A DNA stretch of 64,000 bases from assembly GCA_019057815.1 (NCBI GenBank), contig JAHLWR010000013.1, positions 53,873-117,872 on the forward strand, in the 5' to 3' direction. The notes beneath the pieces are model-generated. The model had not been told where the DNA came from. It saw nothing but the letters and a program-made list of their open reading frames with translations, and did not search any database. Within the stretch, counting starts at the first letter, position 1; each line of letters starts with the position of its first letter. Made by a program: the position numbers and the translations under genes. Shown here piece after piece: positions 39,211 through 49,813 of the stretch. Source of the DNA: Candidatus Heimdallarchaeota archaeon (lineage in GTDB: Archaea > Asgardarchaeota > Heimdallarchaeia > Heimdallarchaeales > Heimdallarchaeaceae).

Positions 39211-41153
39211 ACCTGAACCTCCTCATTTTCTGAATGAAATTGCATGAAGAACTTTTTATCTGTATGAAAAGCTATACTTCCGGTTTCTCTTTCATCCTTA
39301 TAAATTGTTAAAAATTGAACATCTTCATATTTCCCAATTCCCTCTACAAAACCATTTCTTTCGCTTGATATAATAAAAACGATTAGTTGTGCAAATAACT
39401 TAGGAATCAAATCAGACACTTCTCTCCTTACTTTCAAGTCCAAACTTCCTACTGGACTATCTACAATAAATGGCACTTTATGAGGACTATCTTCAAAAAG
39501 AGTAGAAAGAAAAGCATATGCAACTGCTAAACTTTGACCTTGGCTTACACCTTTTTTTCCATCAACATAAATACAACCTTCAATCTTTTCCAAAACTACA
39601 TCTTTATTTCCCATCAATTGAGAGATTCTTGTGTTAGATTTAGATATCAAATCTTCTTTGATTTTATCAATAGAAGAAGAGATAATGTTATCCATCATTT
39701 TCTTAAATAAAGAAACTCCATTACTAAAATTGACAGTATCTGATGCTTCATCCAATCTTTTTCTTTTCTCAATTAGTTTTTTTTGACATAGATTAATATT
39801 TTCGTATTCATTTAAGCTAAATTCTTCCTGAAATGCAGAGTTTTTTGTTTCAAGAGATTGTATGTATAGATTTAGATCTACTAAGTTGCTACTTAACCTG
39901 ATTATTTCCTGTTTAATTTTCTCAGCTTTTTCTTGATCTTTCTCATCTAGTCGTAATTTAAGCAAGTCCTTAGCTTGAATTAATTGTTGTTTTTCATTTA
40001 TATATGAATAAAGATTATCTCTTAAATTACTCAATTCTTTATAATCATCCATATTCCTAATTGAACCTTTGATACAATTAGTTGTTGTGATATGATCCGC
40101 AGCTAGATATTGTTCAGCTTTCTCAAGGATTTTCTTTTTTATTGAATCATTAAGAATTGGTCGACCACAAATACATTCATCTTCATCAGAAAGTTCTTTA
40201 AAAAACTCTGAAGAAACAGATCTTGGTAGCTTTAGTTTTGACATATTTTCTGAAAGATTTTTGAGTTTATCATTCATCTTCAACGAGAATTGAGATGGAG
40301 TTCTGAGAATATTTAGGATAATGTTTGTTCCATTTCTTATATCATTTTCCAAGCTTGAAATTTTAGTTGTAAATTCAATAAACTCAGCTTGAATGGTTTC
40401 ATTCTCTGATAGCAATTCATCGTTTTTCTTTTCTAGGTCTTCTATTTCCTGAGAAGTAGATACACTTTCTTCCTTAAATTTCTTTAATTGTTTGTTCAAA
40501 TCGACTAAAGTCTGCTTAAGTTTTTTTTCTTCTGTTTCTAATTTAGTTAATCCTTGTTGAGTATGAACTTTTGTATCTTTTGTTGATTTTCTTTTATTCT
40601 CTAATAGAGTATCAGCCTTAATCTTCAATAATTCTAATCTATCAAGAAAATAAAGAAATTTAATTGAAGTTTCAGCTTCTGTTTTTTTATTATCTAAGAT
40701 ATTTTCTGAGAATTCCCCATCGAATACAAAGAGTCTTGTAAAATTCTTGGTCATTACGTTTCTAATATAAGGGGGTAAATCATAAGAAAATGATTTGCCT
40801 CCTCCCACTTCTTTGGGTCTGGATGTTTCATATTTCATAACGCCATTTCTATAATCAAAATGCATTCCAAGTGAATAAAGATCTCTATCAATTATAAGAA
40901 GCACACCAAAATAACCTTCATCGCACTTATATCTTGTAGGTTGATAAGAAAGTACTATTTCTTTTTCCAGGATCTCTCCACACACAATGGATCTCAAAAG
41001 ATTAATGGCAGTAGTTTTTCCTGTTCCATTAGGCATTTGGATTAAAGAGATATGAAATGGAGTGTTCACATCCTTTTCTTTAAATAGTGGTATAGTTAAT
41101 TCTCTGAAATCCCTAATATTCTTGAAATCTAGTTTTAGAAGATTTATATTCAA
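39207..41153 (-). CDS. pbeC: SMC/Rad50-like CxC ABC ATPase, PbeC-like
   Basis: MPNGTGKTT, FVFDGE, coiled coil with ECICGR hook, VSQGQ signature, FIVDSPVGSLD. Confidence 0.8.
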   Translation of the reverse strand: MNINLLKLDFKNIRDFRELTIPLFKEKDVNTPFHISLIQMPNGTGKTTAINLLRSIVCGEILEKEIVLSYQPTRYKCDEGYFGVLLIIDRDLYSLGMHFDYRNGVMKYETSRPKEVGGGKSFSYDLPPYIRNVMTKNFTRLFVFDGEFSENILDNKKTEAETSIKFLYFLDRLELLKIKADTLLENKRKSTKDTKVHTQQGLTKLETEEKKLKQTLVDLNKQLKKFKEESVSTSQEIEDLEKKNDELLSENETIQAEFIEFTTKISSLENDIRNGTNIILNILRTPSQFSLKMNDKLKNLSENMSKLKLPRSVSSEFFKELSDEDECICGRPILNDSIKKKILEKAEQYLAADHITTTNCIKGSIRNMDDYKELSNLRDNLYSYINEKQQLIQAKDLLKLRLDEKDQEKAEKIKQEIIRLSSNLVDLNLYIQSLETKNSAFQEEFSLNEYENINLCQKKLIEKRKRLDEASDTVNFSNGVSLFKKMMDNIISSSIDKIKEDLISKSNTRISQLMGNKDVVLEKIEGCIYVDGKKGVSQGQSLAVAYAFLSTLFEDSPHKVPFIVDSPVGSLDLKVRREVSDLIPKLFAQLIVFIISSERNGFVEGIGKYEDVQFLTIYKDERETGSIAFHTDKKFFMQFHSENEEVQV

Positions 41154-41164
41154 TCATAATCTCC

Positions 41165-41341
41165 TCAGGTTGCATATAACTTTAATGATTTGATTAACTG
41201 CTCTATTTCTAAAATATCGTCATTATTATTGAAGATGTTTATGATTAAATTCTTTAACATATCAAAAACATCTTCTGATTGCTTTTGAACACTTATTTCG
41301 TTCCTAATTGCTTCTTCTATTCGCGGGTTTAATTTAATCAT
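41165..41341 (-). CDS. pbeB: Small 58-aa protein, PbeB-like (not in ORF track)
   Basis: Manual translation MIKLNPRIEEAIRNEISVQKQSEDVFDMLKNLII...YAT*; ATGA overlap with the helicase stop; fills the gap between the helicase and ATPase genes. Confidence 0.75.
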   Translation of the reverse strand: MIKLNPRIEEAIRNEISVQKQSEDVFDMLKNLIINIFNNNDDILEIEQLIKSLKLYAT

Positions 41342-43302
41342 GCTTTCTTTCTCCTAACTAGACTCAATTCTTGTAACCATTTAAATCTTTTTAAATCTGA
41401 AGCTTCATATTCCTTATCTGGTTTTTTTAAATCGTCTTGACAAACTAAATCAACTATATGAGCCCTTTTATTTGGATTATCAGGATCTTTTCTTAAACTT
41501 CGACCTACTCGTTGTATGATTTCTCCATCAGATCTTGAACTGCTAAAAAGTACAATATTCTCAATAGAACGAATATCTATACCCTCAGCTATTTTACGAC
41601 AAGTTATCAAACAGTCAATTTGTTTTTTTCTAAATAGATCAAGATTTTCTTCTTGATCTTCAGAATAATAAGTTCTAAAATTGTCATCATGTGGCAACAC
41701 AATTTTCTGAACGTCTAAACCATAGTCTTTTGTTTGAACAAAGATTATACACTTTTTAAGGATCTGAGAATTTTTTTCAAGAAACTCCTTAAAAATGGGA
41801 AGTTTGTTCATAGATAATTTCTTAGTATTAGCGATTCTCCTGTATAATTCAGTATCAGACATTGGATTTTCTGTTTTTTTTCTTGCGTGGAAATTTGTTA
41901 TAGAATTTCGAATTCCATCTTTATCCTGCTGGCTTAAATTATAAAATAATGGATAATATTCTAATTCACTTAATATCCCATCTCTAATTGCGTTTTCCAT
42001 ATCATAATGAAAAATCTCTGAACCTATTTCATCAAATATAAATTCATTCCCTTCAATATCGTATGGACGAATAGGAGTTGCACTTAATCCCAGCTTGTAA
42101 GAAAACTGCTTTATCTTACCTTTTAATGAGTTGAGCTTTTGTTCAGAGCCTATGTTATGAACTTCATCACATATTAGAAGACATTTGTTTATTAAATCTT
42201 TATCTGTAGCATCTATTAGTTTTGTTAAATTCTGGTATGAGACTGCAATAATCACAATTTCATTCTTTATGAACTCATTAAAAAACTGGATGTCCTTATA
42301 TTTCTCAAAATGTCTTAGTATCTTATATTTGTTTCTAAATTCTTGTAAAAGCAAATTGTACCATTGTTTTAGGAGGTCGTTCCCTACAGTAGAAATAATT
42401 ATACCCCTAATTTTATTCTCTTCAATCAAAGTTCTCATGATTGTAAGCGCTGTAATTGTTTTTCCTGTACCAGGAGCCATTCTTAATATTCCTGATTTCT
42501 TTTCAATGAATATTTTAATAGCATGTTCTTGATGATCCCAAAGTATTAAATCTGTTCTTTTTTTCTTGTCAGAATCTAGATGTCGTAGTTGTTCCAGGTC
42601 TTTAGGAGCTAAATCTATCAATTTTCTTTTCGCAGCTTCTGGTATCGTATAAGTACGTGCTAATGAAATCTTATTATCCCAATATCGATGAAATTTGTTT
42701 AAATCACTTTGAACATATTTTCTTTCACAATCAATCCAATCTTTGAAAACTTTAAACTCCTCAATATTATGAACCCAACCACTTTTAGTTTCATTAATTG
42801 ATCCACTAAATGAAATGATTTTATTTTGTTCATCAATGAAAATACCAACTTTTTGATGAAACAAACCAAAGCTGGAAATTTCATAGTCTTCATAATTAAG
42901 ATTAGGATTCAATCTTAATGCTATTTTTATTTCAAGATGATTAGTTGCTACCATCCAAGCTAACAATTTTACTCTGTCTTTGATTTCTCCATTCTTCATG
43001 CTTTCTAATTCTTTTAGAATATATTTTTCTATAATTTCCTCAGGTCTTAATAAACCATCTCTAATAGCTTTTATGTCTTTTTTATTGAAAACAATTCCAG
43101 ATATTATTTTCATATGTCCTCCTTTTTCAATAAAAGGGAATAATCCTCTTGCTGCAATCGCTAGAGCAGAAGAAGCGAAATATCCTGTGGTTCTATAATA
43201 TTTTCTTGAATTTTGTAATAATGGTACTAAGAATTCCTCGACTATTTTATCTTCAACTGAATCATAAGATTCTTTAAGATCTAATTTTTCGAAATCCATC
43301 AT
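41338..43302 (-). CDS. pbeA: PLD-nuclease + SF2 helicase, PbeA-like
   Basis: FHQKVGIFID...FSGSINET (HKD type), MAPGTGKT, DEVH, SATP, QRVGRSLR. Confidence 0.85.
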   Translation of the reverse strand: MMDFEKLDLKESYDSVEDKIVEEFLVPLLQNSRKYYRTTGYFASSALAIAARGLFPFIEKGGHMKIISGIVFNKKDIKAIRDGLLRPEEIIEKYILKELESMKNGEIKDRVKLLAWMVATNHLEIKIALRLNPNLNYEDYEISSFGLFHQKVGIFIDEQNKIISFSGSINETKSGWVHNIEEFKVFKDWIDCERKYVQSDLNKFHRYWDNKISLARTYTIPEAAKRKLIDLAPKDLEQLRHLDSDKKKRTDLILWDHQEHAIKIFIEKKSGILRMAPGTGKTITALTIMRTLIEENKIRGIIISTVGNDLLKQWYNLLLQEFRNKYKILRHFEKYKDIQFFNEFIKNEIVIIAVSYQNLTKLIDATDKDLINKCLLICDEVHNIGSEQKLNSLKGKIKQFSYKLGLSATPIRPYDIEGNEFIFDEIGSEIFHYDMENAIRDGILSELEYYPLFYNLSQQDKDGIRNSITNFHARKKTENPMSDTELYRRIANTKKLSMNKLPIFKEFLEKNSQILKKCIIFVQTKDYGLDVQKIVLPHDDNFRTYYSEDQEENLDLFRKKQIDCLITCRKIAEGIDIRSIENIVLFSSSRSDGEIIQRVGRSLRKDPDNPNKRAHIVDLVCQDDLKKPDKEYEASDLKRFKWLQELSLVRRKKA

Positions 43303-43508
43303 TGTTTACATCCGGACAAACAAATATCAGATATGAATATGAAAGATAAGTCTTGTGGTTACAACTTGTATGTGACCTAGTTTATAAAAACTAAAGGTGT
43401 ATTGTTTCTAGCTTGCTTAATAATGCTGAAAAATGTTTCTTAAAAATTCGCAAATTTGAGCATCTAAATAAAGTCAAATCAAATGAAAAAGTGAATAGTA
43501 TCCGTATT

Positions 43509-43844
43509 TTACTTTAATTGATTTATAAATCCAGTTACTATCTCATTTATAAGCTGATAATCTTCTTTATTATTAATAGTAAATTTGTTTTTCCTTTTCC
43601 ATTTCCCATCCTTTTTCTGCCAAAGATACAAACCAATACTAGTGCGGTTTTTTACTTTAAACAACACAATTGCAGACCACCAAAAATGGGATTTTTTTAT
43701 TGTTTGGTAATCTAACACTTCATAGAAATCGCTTATTGGTAGTGTTTCTTTCTCTGATTCATTATTTGTTGTTAGATTTTTTCTAACTCTATATTTTGCA
43801 AGTTTAATCTTTCTCTTTTGAATCTCCTTTTTAGTTTCTTTCAT
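43509..43844 (-). CDS. Small basic Trp-rich protein between pbe and dnd
   Basis: 111-aa ORF, WWSAIVLF...LYLWQKKDGKWKRKNKFTIN. Confidence 0.75.
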   Translation of the reverse strand: MKETKKEIQKRKIKLAKYRVRKNLTTNNESEKETLPISDFYEVLDYQTIKKSHFWWSAIVLFKVKNRTSIGLYLWQKKDGKWKRKNKFTINNKEDYQLINEIVTGFINQLK

Positions 43845-43986
43845 AGAATCAACTTTTAAATTGAGTAATCTGCTTATTTATTGCACTGAAGATTGTTAAT
43901 GAAAGAAATATTTTATACTTATATTATTTATGAAAGTTACTAGTGTTTAAATATCAAAATACAGATAAATAGATGAAGGACTTGCA

Positions 43987-45387
43987 ATGGAAATTTTAAT
44001 TGAAAGAACAGACGATCCGATTAGGTACGCTATTGAAGAAATTAAGACATTATACAAGTCAGATAAAAAGCCCTGGATTATTGGATATAGTGGTGGAAAA
44101 GATTCTACAACTGTAGTTGAACTTGTTTTTCAAGCTTTGAAAGAACTAAAAGCAGAGGAAAGAATTAAACAAGTTCATGTTATAACTGCGGATACAATGG
44201 TTGAAAATCCTTTGATTCTTCCAATAATTGAAACTTTTATGAAAAAAGTGAAATTATTTGCACAGAAATATGAACTTCCAATTGAAGGACATATTCTGCT
44301 TCCACGAATTGAAGAAAGTTATTGGTCTCTACTTATAGGTCAAGGTTATCCATTACCCATACAAAATTTCAGATGGTGCACAGATAGATTAAAAATAAAA
44401 CCTTCAAGTGAGTTTATACACTCACAAGTATCGGAATATGGAGAAGTAATTATAGTTCTAGGAGTAAGGAAAGACGAAAGTATATCTAGATATAAATCTA
44501 TTATGAGAGACAAAATTCTAAATAGATTAATTAGAAAACATCCAACACTGAAAAATGCTTATGTTTATGGACCTATTGAAGATTTTACAATAGATTTAAT
44601 ATGGGATTTCCTGTTAGATGATAAAAGTGAATGGTTTGATTTTAATCAAACTTTATCTTCATTATATAGCGGTTCCTCTTCTGATGAATGTGTGCTAGTC
44701 TTAGAAGAAGATACCAGACCTTGCGGAAATTCACGGTTTGGTTGTTGGGTCTGTACGCTAGTAAATGAAGATAAATCTCTAAGGGGATTTTTAGAGACGG
44801 ATTATATAACTGATGAAACCAAAGAAATTCTAGAAAAATTAATAAACTTTAGAGACTGGGTACTGAAAAATCGAAACAATCCTGATATGCGTTTGAAAAG
44901 AAGGAAACATGGACAGATATACTATCTGGGTGAAGGTGATAATAGAAGAATAGGGTTAGGACCATATACACTTGAAGCTCGGAAAGAGATTCTTAAAAGA
45001 TTATTAATTATACAGAAAGAGATAAATCTGTTAACAGAAAATTCAATAAGTAAAGAATTAATAAGAGAGGCAGAATTAAAAACAATAAGATCTATATGGA
45101 TAAATGAGGGGGACTGGGAAGATTCTCTACCACAATTATATTTTGAAATCTTTAAAGAACACCCATCCTGGAGTGAAAAAGAAATAGCTCTCCTTGAGAG
45201 AGATGAGATAGAACTTCTCATAGATTTATCTAAAAAATATGAGTTAGATGTTGAGATTTTAAAACGGTTGATCTCGATTGAAAATAACAATTTAGGATAT
45301 GCTGTTCGTTCGAATATCATGAAAGAAATTAGTAGTCTATTGTTTCAGGACTGGATCGCATTAAAAGATAAAAGTGATAATAAATGA
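43987..45387 (+). CDS. dndC: DNA phosphorothioation sulfurtransferase DndC
   Basis: GYSGGKDS PP-loop, DTMVENP, RWCTDRLKIKP, CGNSRFGCWVCT. Confidence 0.95.
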   Translation: MEILIERTDDPIRYAIEEIKTLYKSDKKPWIIGYSGGKDSTTVVELVFQALKELKAEERIKQVHVITADTMVENPLILPIIETFMKKVKLFAQKYELPIEGHILLPRIEESYWSLLIGQGYPLPIQNFRWCTDRLKIKPSSEFIHSQVSEYGEVIIVLGVRKDESISRYKSIMRDKILNRLIRKHPTLKNAYVYGPIEDFTIDLIWDFLLDDKSEWFDFNQTLSSLYSGSSSDECVLVLEEDTRPCGNSRFGCWVCTLVNEDKSLRGFLETDYITDETKEILEKLINFRDWVLKNRNNPDMRLKRRKHGQIYYLGEGDNRRIGLGPYTLEARKEILKRLLIIQKEINLLTENSISKELIREAELKTIRSIWINEGDWEDSLPQLYFEIFKEHPSWSEKEIALLERDEIELLIDLSKKYELDVEILKRLISIENNNLGYAVRSNIMKEISSLLFQDWIALKDKSDNK

Positions 45388-47366
45388 TTATCAAAAGTCT
45401 AACACTGCAAAATTTTGGAGTTTATGAAGGAATACATAAAGTAATTTTTCCAGATAATAGAGAAAACAACATTGTAGTTTTTATTGGTAATAATGGGTCA
45501 GGTAAAACTACTCTGTTGGATGCTCTAAAGATAGTACTTTATGGTCCTCTAATTTTTGGATACAAAACAGCAAACGAAACGTATCTTAGTAAAATAAAAC
45601 AAAAAATCAACACTAATGCATATAATAAAAAAAAGGAATGTAGTCTTGAATTAGAGCTCACAAAAATTGAAAATTCAGATGAAATTAATTATAAGATTAG
45701 GAGAAAATGGAAAATCAATTCAAAATCACTTTCTGAAGAACTTGAAATTAGGAGAAATGGAAATGCTTTATCAAGAGTGGAAATTGATTTGTTTGAGAAT
45801 TATTTTAGACAGTTTCTACCCCCCTCATTGATTGATCTGTTTTTTTTTGATGGAGAAAGATTATCATATTTAAGTGAGAAAACAGTACTGCAAAAGAAAC
45901 TGGAGGATTCAATAGATGTTATTTTCAATATAGAGATTTTTACTCAACTTATTAAAGACCTAAATGAGCTCTTAAAACAGAAAGAAATTGATTCAGAACT
46001 TTCAAATGAAGAGAAGAAATTAAGAAATAAAAAAGAACAAAGTGAAATATTGGAAGAAAAAATAGAGAATCTAACAAATGAAATTAAAGAAAAATCCAAA
46101 AAACTAACCAAGATTACTGATGATATTCAAGGATTAAAAGAAAAATTATCCATATATGGAGCTGTAGAAAAAACCAAACTCATAGCTCTTGAAGCAAAAT
46201 ATAAAGAACTGGAAAGAGAAAAGGAAAATCTACATCGTAATAGGAGAGAGATCCTAACAAATTTACTACCATTTCAAATATCTAGAAATCTTTTAAAACA
46301 ATTAAAAGTGCGTATAAAAGGTGAATTGTTAAGAAACCAGCAAGATATCATTCAAAATACTTTGAGGGAGAAGGGTTTACTTCATAAAGCAGTTAAAAGT
46401 GCATTAAGTGAACACATGGATAGTTCTAACAATACTAAAAAGATTACAGAAACAATACTAAATAGAATAGAAAAAAAACTATTAACTACCAGTAGAAAAC
46501 CAAACAAAGATCTACAACTAACAAGTTTTATGTCAAAAGATGATATACAGTTATTGGATGAAATCATAGAAAAAACAGGTAGTACTCTAACAGATAAAGT
46601 TGCAAGAAACTATAAGAAAATCAATAATATTAATGCTAAGATGAGCGAAATTCATAAGAAAATTGATTTAAATTTGAAGAACATTTCGTTTGAATATTTG
46701 TTTAATGAAATGGAAAATAAGAAATCTAAACATTTTGACATATATTATAAGATTAAAGAAAAAGAAAAAGAATTAGAAATAATATCTAAAGAAAAGAGAA
46801 CTATCAATAAGGAAGTTGAAAAATTAGATAAACAAATAGACTATATTAACAGAAGTGACACTGTTTCTTCTATAACAAACAAAGTAATCAAAGTTTCTTC
46901 TGATTTTATTAATTTTTCTAGAACTAGAAAATTACGAGTTTTAGAAGAAAAAATATTGAATTCATTCAAAATTCTAATTAGGAAAAATGATTTATTGAGA
47001 GATATTAAATTGGAGTCTGACTACCAAATTAGGTTATATAATGGAAATTCAGATGAACTCCATTTTGAACAACTATCTACAGGAGAGACACAAGTATTTA
47101 TTATTTCCATTTTATGGGCTCTTATTCAGCTTTCTAAGAGAGTGTTTCCAGTAGTATTCGATAGCTTCTTTGGAAGATTAGATGTGACACATAAAGAAAG
47201 AATTCTAAAGAAATATGTCCCTAACTCTCAAAAACAGGTTATTTTATTGGTAAATGATAATGAACTAAATGATAATGACTTAGATGTCTTTTCAAAATAT
47301 AATCCAACAAAGTACTATTTGAAATTTAATGAGAAAAAAAACAATACAATTATAGAGAGGATATAA
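45384..47366 (+). CDS. dndD: DNA sulfur modification ATPase DndD
   Basis: GNNGSGKTT, FFFDGE, LSTGE, VVFDSFFGRLD; overlaps the dndC stop. Confidence 0.93.
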   Translation: MIIKSLTLQNFGVYEGIHKVIFPDNRENNIVVFIGNNGSGKTTLLDALKIVLYGPLIFGYKTANETYLSKIKQKINTNAYNKKKECSLELELTKIENSDEINYKIRRKWKINSKSLSEELEIRRNGNALSRVEIDLFENYFRQFLPPSLIDLFFFDGERLSYLSEKTVLQKKLEDSIDVIFNIEIFTQLIKDLNELLKQKEIDSELSNEEKKLRNKKEQSEILEEKIENLTNEIKEKSKKLTKITDDIQGLKEKLSIYGAVEKTKLIALEAKYKELEREKENLHRNRREILTNLLPFQISRNLLKQLKVRIKGELLRNQQDIIQNTLREKGLLHKAVKSALSEHMDSSNNTKKITETILNRIEKKLLTTSRKPNKDLQLTSFMSKDDIQLLDEIIEKTGSTLTDKVARNYKKINNINAKMSEIHKKIDLNLKNISFEYLFNEMENKKSKHFDIYYKIKEKEKELEIISKEKRTINKEVEKLDKQIDYINRSDTVSSITNKVIKVSSDFINFSRTRKLRVLEEKILNSFKILIRKNDLLRDIKLESDYQIRLYNGNSDELHFEQLSTGETQVFIISILWALIQLSKRVFPVVFDSFFGRLDVTHKERILKKYVPNSQKQVILLVNDNELNDNDLDVFSKYNPTKYYLKFNEKKNNTIIERI

Positions 47367-47726
47367 TTGAAAAATAGGTTAAAAACAGCTAAACAAACTG
47401 AAGAAATTCTTAATGAGCTTGAGTTTAAGTTTAAGCTTCCTCGAAATATTATTCTGAGATTTGCAATTTCATTATCATTAAGTGATGATAAACAGAAAAT
47501 TCAGTTTTCAAAAGACAGTTCAGGTTTAGAATTAACAAGATCAACATTAACTGGAGAGTATGATGCTATTTTCAAAAGTTTAATTTCAATAAAAAAGGAA
47601 AAACAGATAGATGATGGAGAGTTCTTTAGAGAAATGAAACTCCATGTAGATAGAGGAACCATACTTTTGAAAAACTTATATGATTTTGAAGGCAATATTG
47701 AGAAAACAATTCTTAAATTATCGTAG
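47367..47726 (+). CDS. dndE: DndE-family protein
   Basis: Size, position after dndD, NIILRFAISLSL and HVDRG motifs. Confidence 0.88.
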   Translation: MKNRLKTAKQTEEILNELEFKFKLPRNIILRFAISLSLSDDKQKIQFSKDSSGLELTRSTLTGEYDAIFKSLISIKKEKQIDDGEFFREMKLHVDRGTILLKNLYDFEGNIEKTILKLS

Positions 47727-47803
47727 AAAAGATTTGTTCAAACTACATGAAGATTAATTTATTTGATAAAATTTTTAAACAATAAAGAATCTATTAGTAT
47801 ATT

Positions 47804-49510
47804 ATGAGTGATGTAATTAAGGTCATAACAAGTAAAACTCCAGATAAAGAAGTGGAAAACATTGTTAAATGTTTAGAAACTATAGGTTTTACTTGTTTTT
47901 ATTGTTTGCCGAATATGAACCAACAACAACTTGGTTATGAAGAAGTACAAAGTGGAGAGCATCTGGAAATAGACATTATTGCAATTTATGAAAAATTTTG
48001 TATTTTTATCGAAGTAACGACTAAAAATAGCGGAAATATGAATAAATTGAAGGATTTTAATCGTAATCTGAATATTTTACTAGATGTAGATGTAGAAACT
48101 CAACTCAGTAATTTAAGCATACCTCAAGATTATCATGATTTATATGAATGCATCGAAGAGAAGAGAAGACTGTTTATCGGATTCTCGCAAGAATTAGTTA
48201 GAGATAAGATCATAACCCAAAGGGTAAATCCAGGAAACAATTTGATTTATGTTTACAACGCTTTTGATTTCAGTTATCTTGAGCTCATAAGCGAGTGTGT
48301 AGGCAAATTTGCCCTTTATGAATTTTTAGATTCACTTGACATAACTTCTTCCGATATATCAGATTCTCAACCTTCAGAACAGCCTTATGATTGTATTAGT
48401 CTGACAGGAAAAAAATTCTTTGCAAGTAATAAACTCATAAAGCTCTTTGCTTTTAAAGCTCCTGTTTACGATTTATTAAGAATCTCAAAAGTTTTTCGAC
48501 ATGGAGCTATTGGATTAGGGACTTCAGAAACTGGTTATCAAAGGATTCTGAATCCATCCAAAATTCTTTCAATTCAGAGAAAAATAAGATCAATAGGTGA
48601 AAGAATAACATTCCCAAATGCAATCACTGTTGTTTTTAACAAAAATGTTGTTTTTGATGCCCAAAACAAAATAATAAAAGTGCCTGTTGAATTTGGATCC
48701 TTATCTGTATTGGATGGTCAGCATAGACTTTTTGCTTATGCAAAATCAGGACTTACTGATAGTAAGTTAAAAAAGGTTGAGCTATTCGTAATTGGAATTC
48801 AATTTAGTGAGATAAGTAAGAAGAACGAACTAAAAGCTGCCGCAGAAACCTTTATTGAAGTTAATAAGAAGCAAACTAGTGTTCCAACAGGATTAATCTA
48901 TCTAACGGAATATGAAATTATGGGATTAACCAATCCTAGAGCATTGGCGGGAAAAGTAATACTAGATCTAAATAGCAAAAGCGATAATTTGGAGAATGTA
49001 TTTGCTACTAGACCTGTAATGAAAGAAAAGAGGTTGGACAGAAAACCAATTGCAGTCACAACCGTAATACAAGAATTATCAAAAATTTATACGGTATCAG
49101 ATTTGGACGGACTAAGAATTTTTAGTGAAGATTGTTGGAATAAATATAAACGAGAGAATAAATATAAAAAATTAATAAATGAGACAAAAAAACATGTGAA
49201 CATTTTCTTCAGGGAGTTAGAAACGGTGTTTAGTGAAGATTTTAATTCTAATGATTCTATTCTTTTTTCAACAAAATACATTTCTGCTTTTGTTCGAATA
49301 ATGGTAGATCAGTTAAAAACGAGCAATGATATCACGGATATAAGACAATGCTTGACTGAAAAAAGAACTATTATTGAGCATAATAACAGTTCACAAAGAG
49401 GTCCGAACAATGAGCTTTTTCATGGGGATATAGAACTTCTCCCAGATCTTACCACATCAGTAACTATGATATATGAATACTTAACAAATGAGAGAGATGA
49501 TTCTGAATGA
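47804..49510 (+). CDS. DGQHR-domain (DndB-like) protein with N-terminal PD-(D/E)XK-like region
   Basis: GYQRIL, FPNAI, VLDGQHRL, FIEVNKKQ; N-terminal EIDIIAI...FIEVTTK. Confidence 0.85.
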   Translation: MSDVIKVITSKTPDKEVENIVKCLETIGFTCFYCLPNMNQQQLGYEEVQSGEHLEIDIIAIYEKFCIFIEVTTKNSGNMNKLKDFNRNLNILLDVDVETQLSNLSIPQDYHDLYECIEEKRRLFIGFSQELVRDKIITQRVNPGNNLIYVYNAFDFSYLELISECVGKFALYEFLDSLDITSSDISDSQPSEQPYDCISLTGKKFFASNKLIKLFAFKAPVYDLLRISKVFRHGAIGLGTSETGYQRILNPSKILSIQRKIRSIGERITFPNAITVVFNKNVVFDAQNKIIKVPVEFGSLSVLDGQHRLFAYAKSGLTDSKLKKVELFVIGIQFSEISKKNELKAAAETFIEVNKKQTSVPTGLIYLTEYEIMGLTNPRALAGKVILDLNSKSDNLENVFATRPVMKEKRLDRKPIAVTTVIQELSKIYTVSDLDGLRIFSEDCWNKYKRENKYKKLINETKKHVNIFFRELETVFSEDFNSNDSILFSTKYISAFVRIMVDQLKTSNDITDIRQCLTEKRTIIEHNNSSQRGPNNELFHGDIELLPDLTTSVTMIYEYLTNERDDSE

Positions 49511-49813
49511 ATTGGAAAAATTATTCATATAATGAAGGTGAAAAATTATCGGGAGTTTTGATATACATAAGTTTGGTGGCAAGAAAGGAGAAATCAAACT
49601 TATACGTACTAGATTTCTTCTCATCAAGAAGAACAGATTCTACTCCCATCAGAACTTCCATAAACTTCTATTCTTTATTTCATAGATAAAAATTCCTACT
49701 GAATTTGGTTCAAACTTCAAGTTGATTTAGGACATGCTTTAGAATTTTGAATGATAATAGTTAAATTTATAATTAAACAAATCTTAGTCTTATAATGGTT
49801 CGATGAGATAGAA

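Noticed and set aside
49507-49689. 60-aa ORF after the DGQHR gene
   Set aside because: No motif; it appears to run into degraded remnant sequence.
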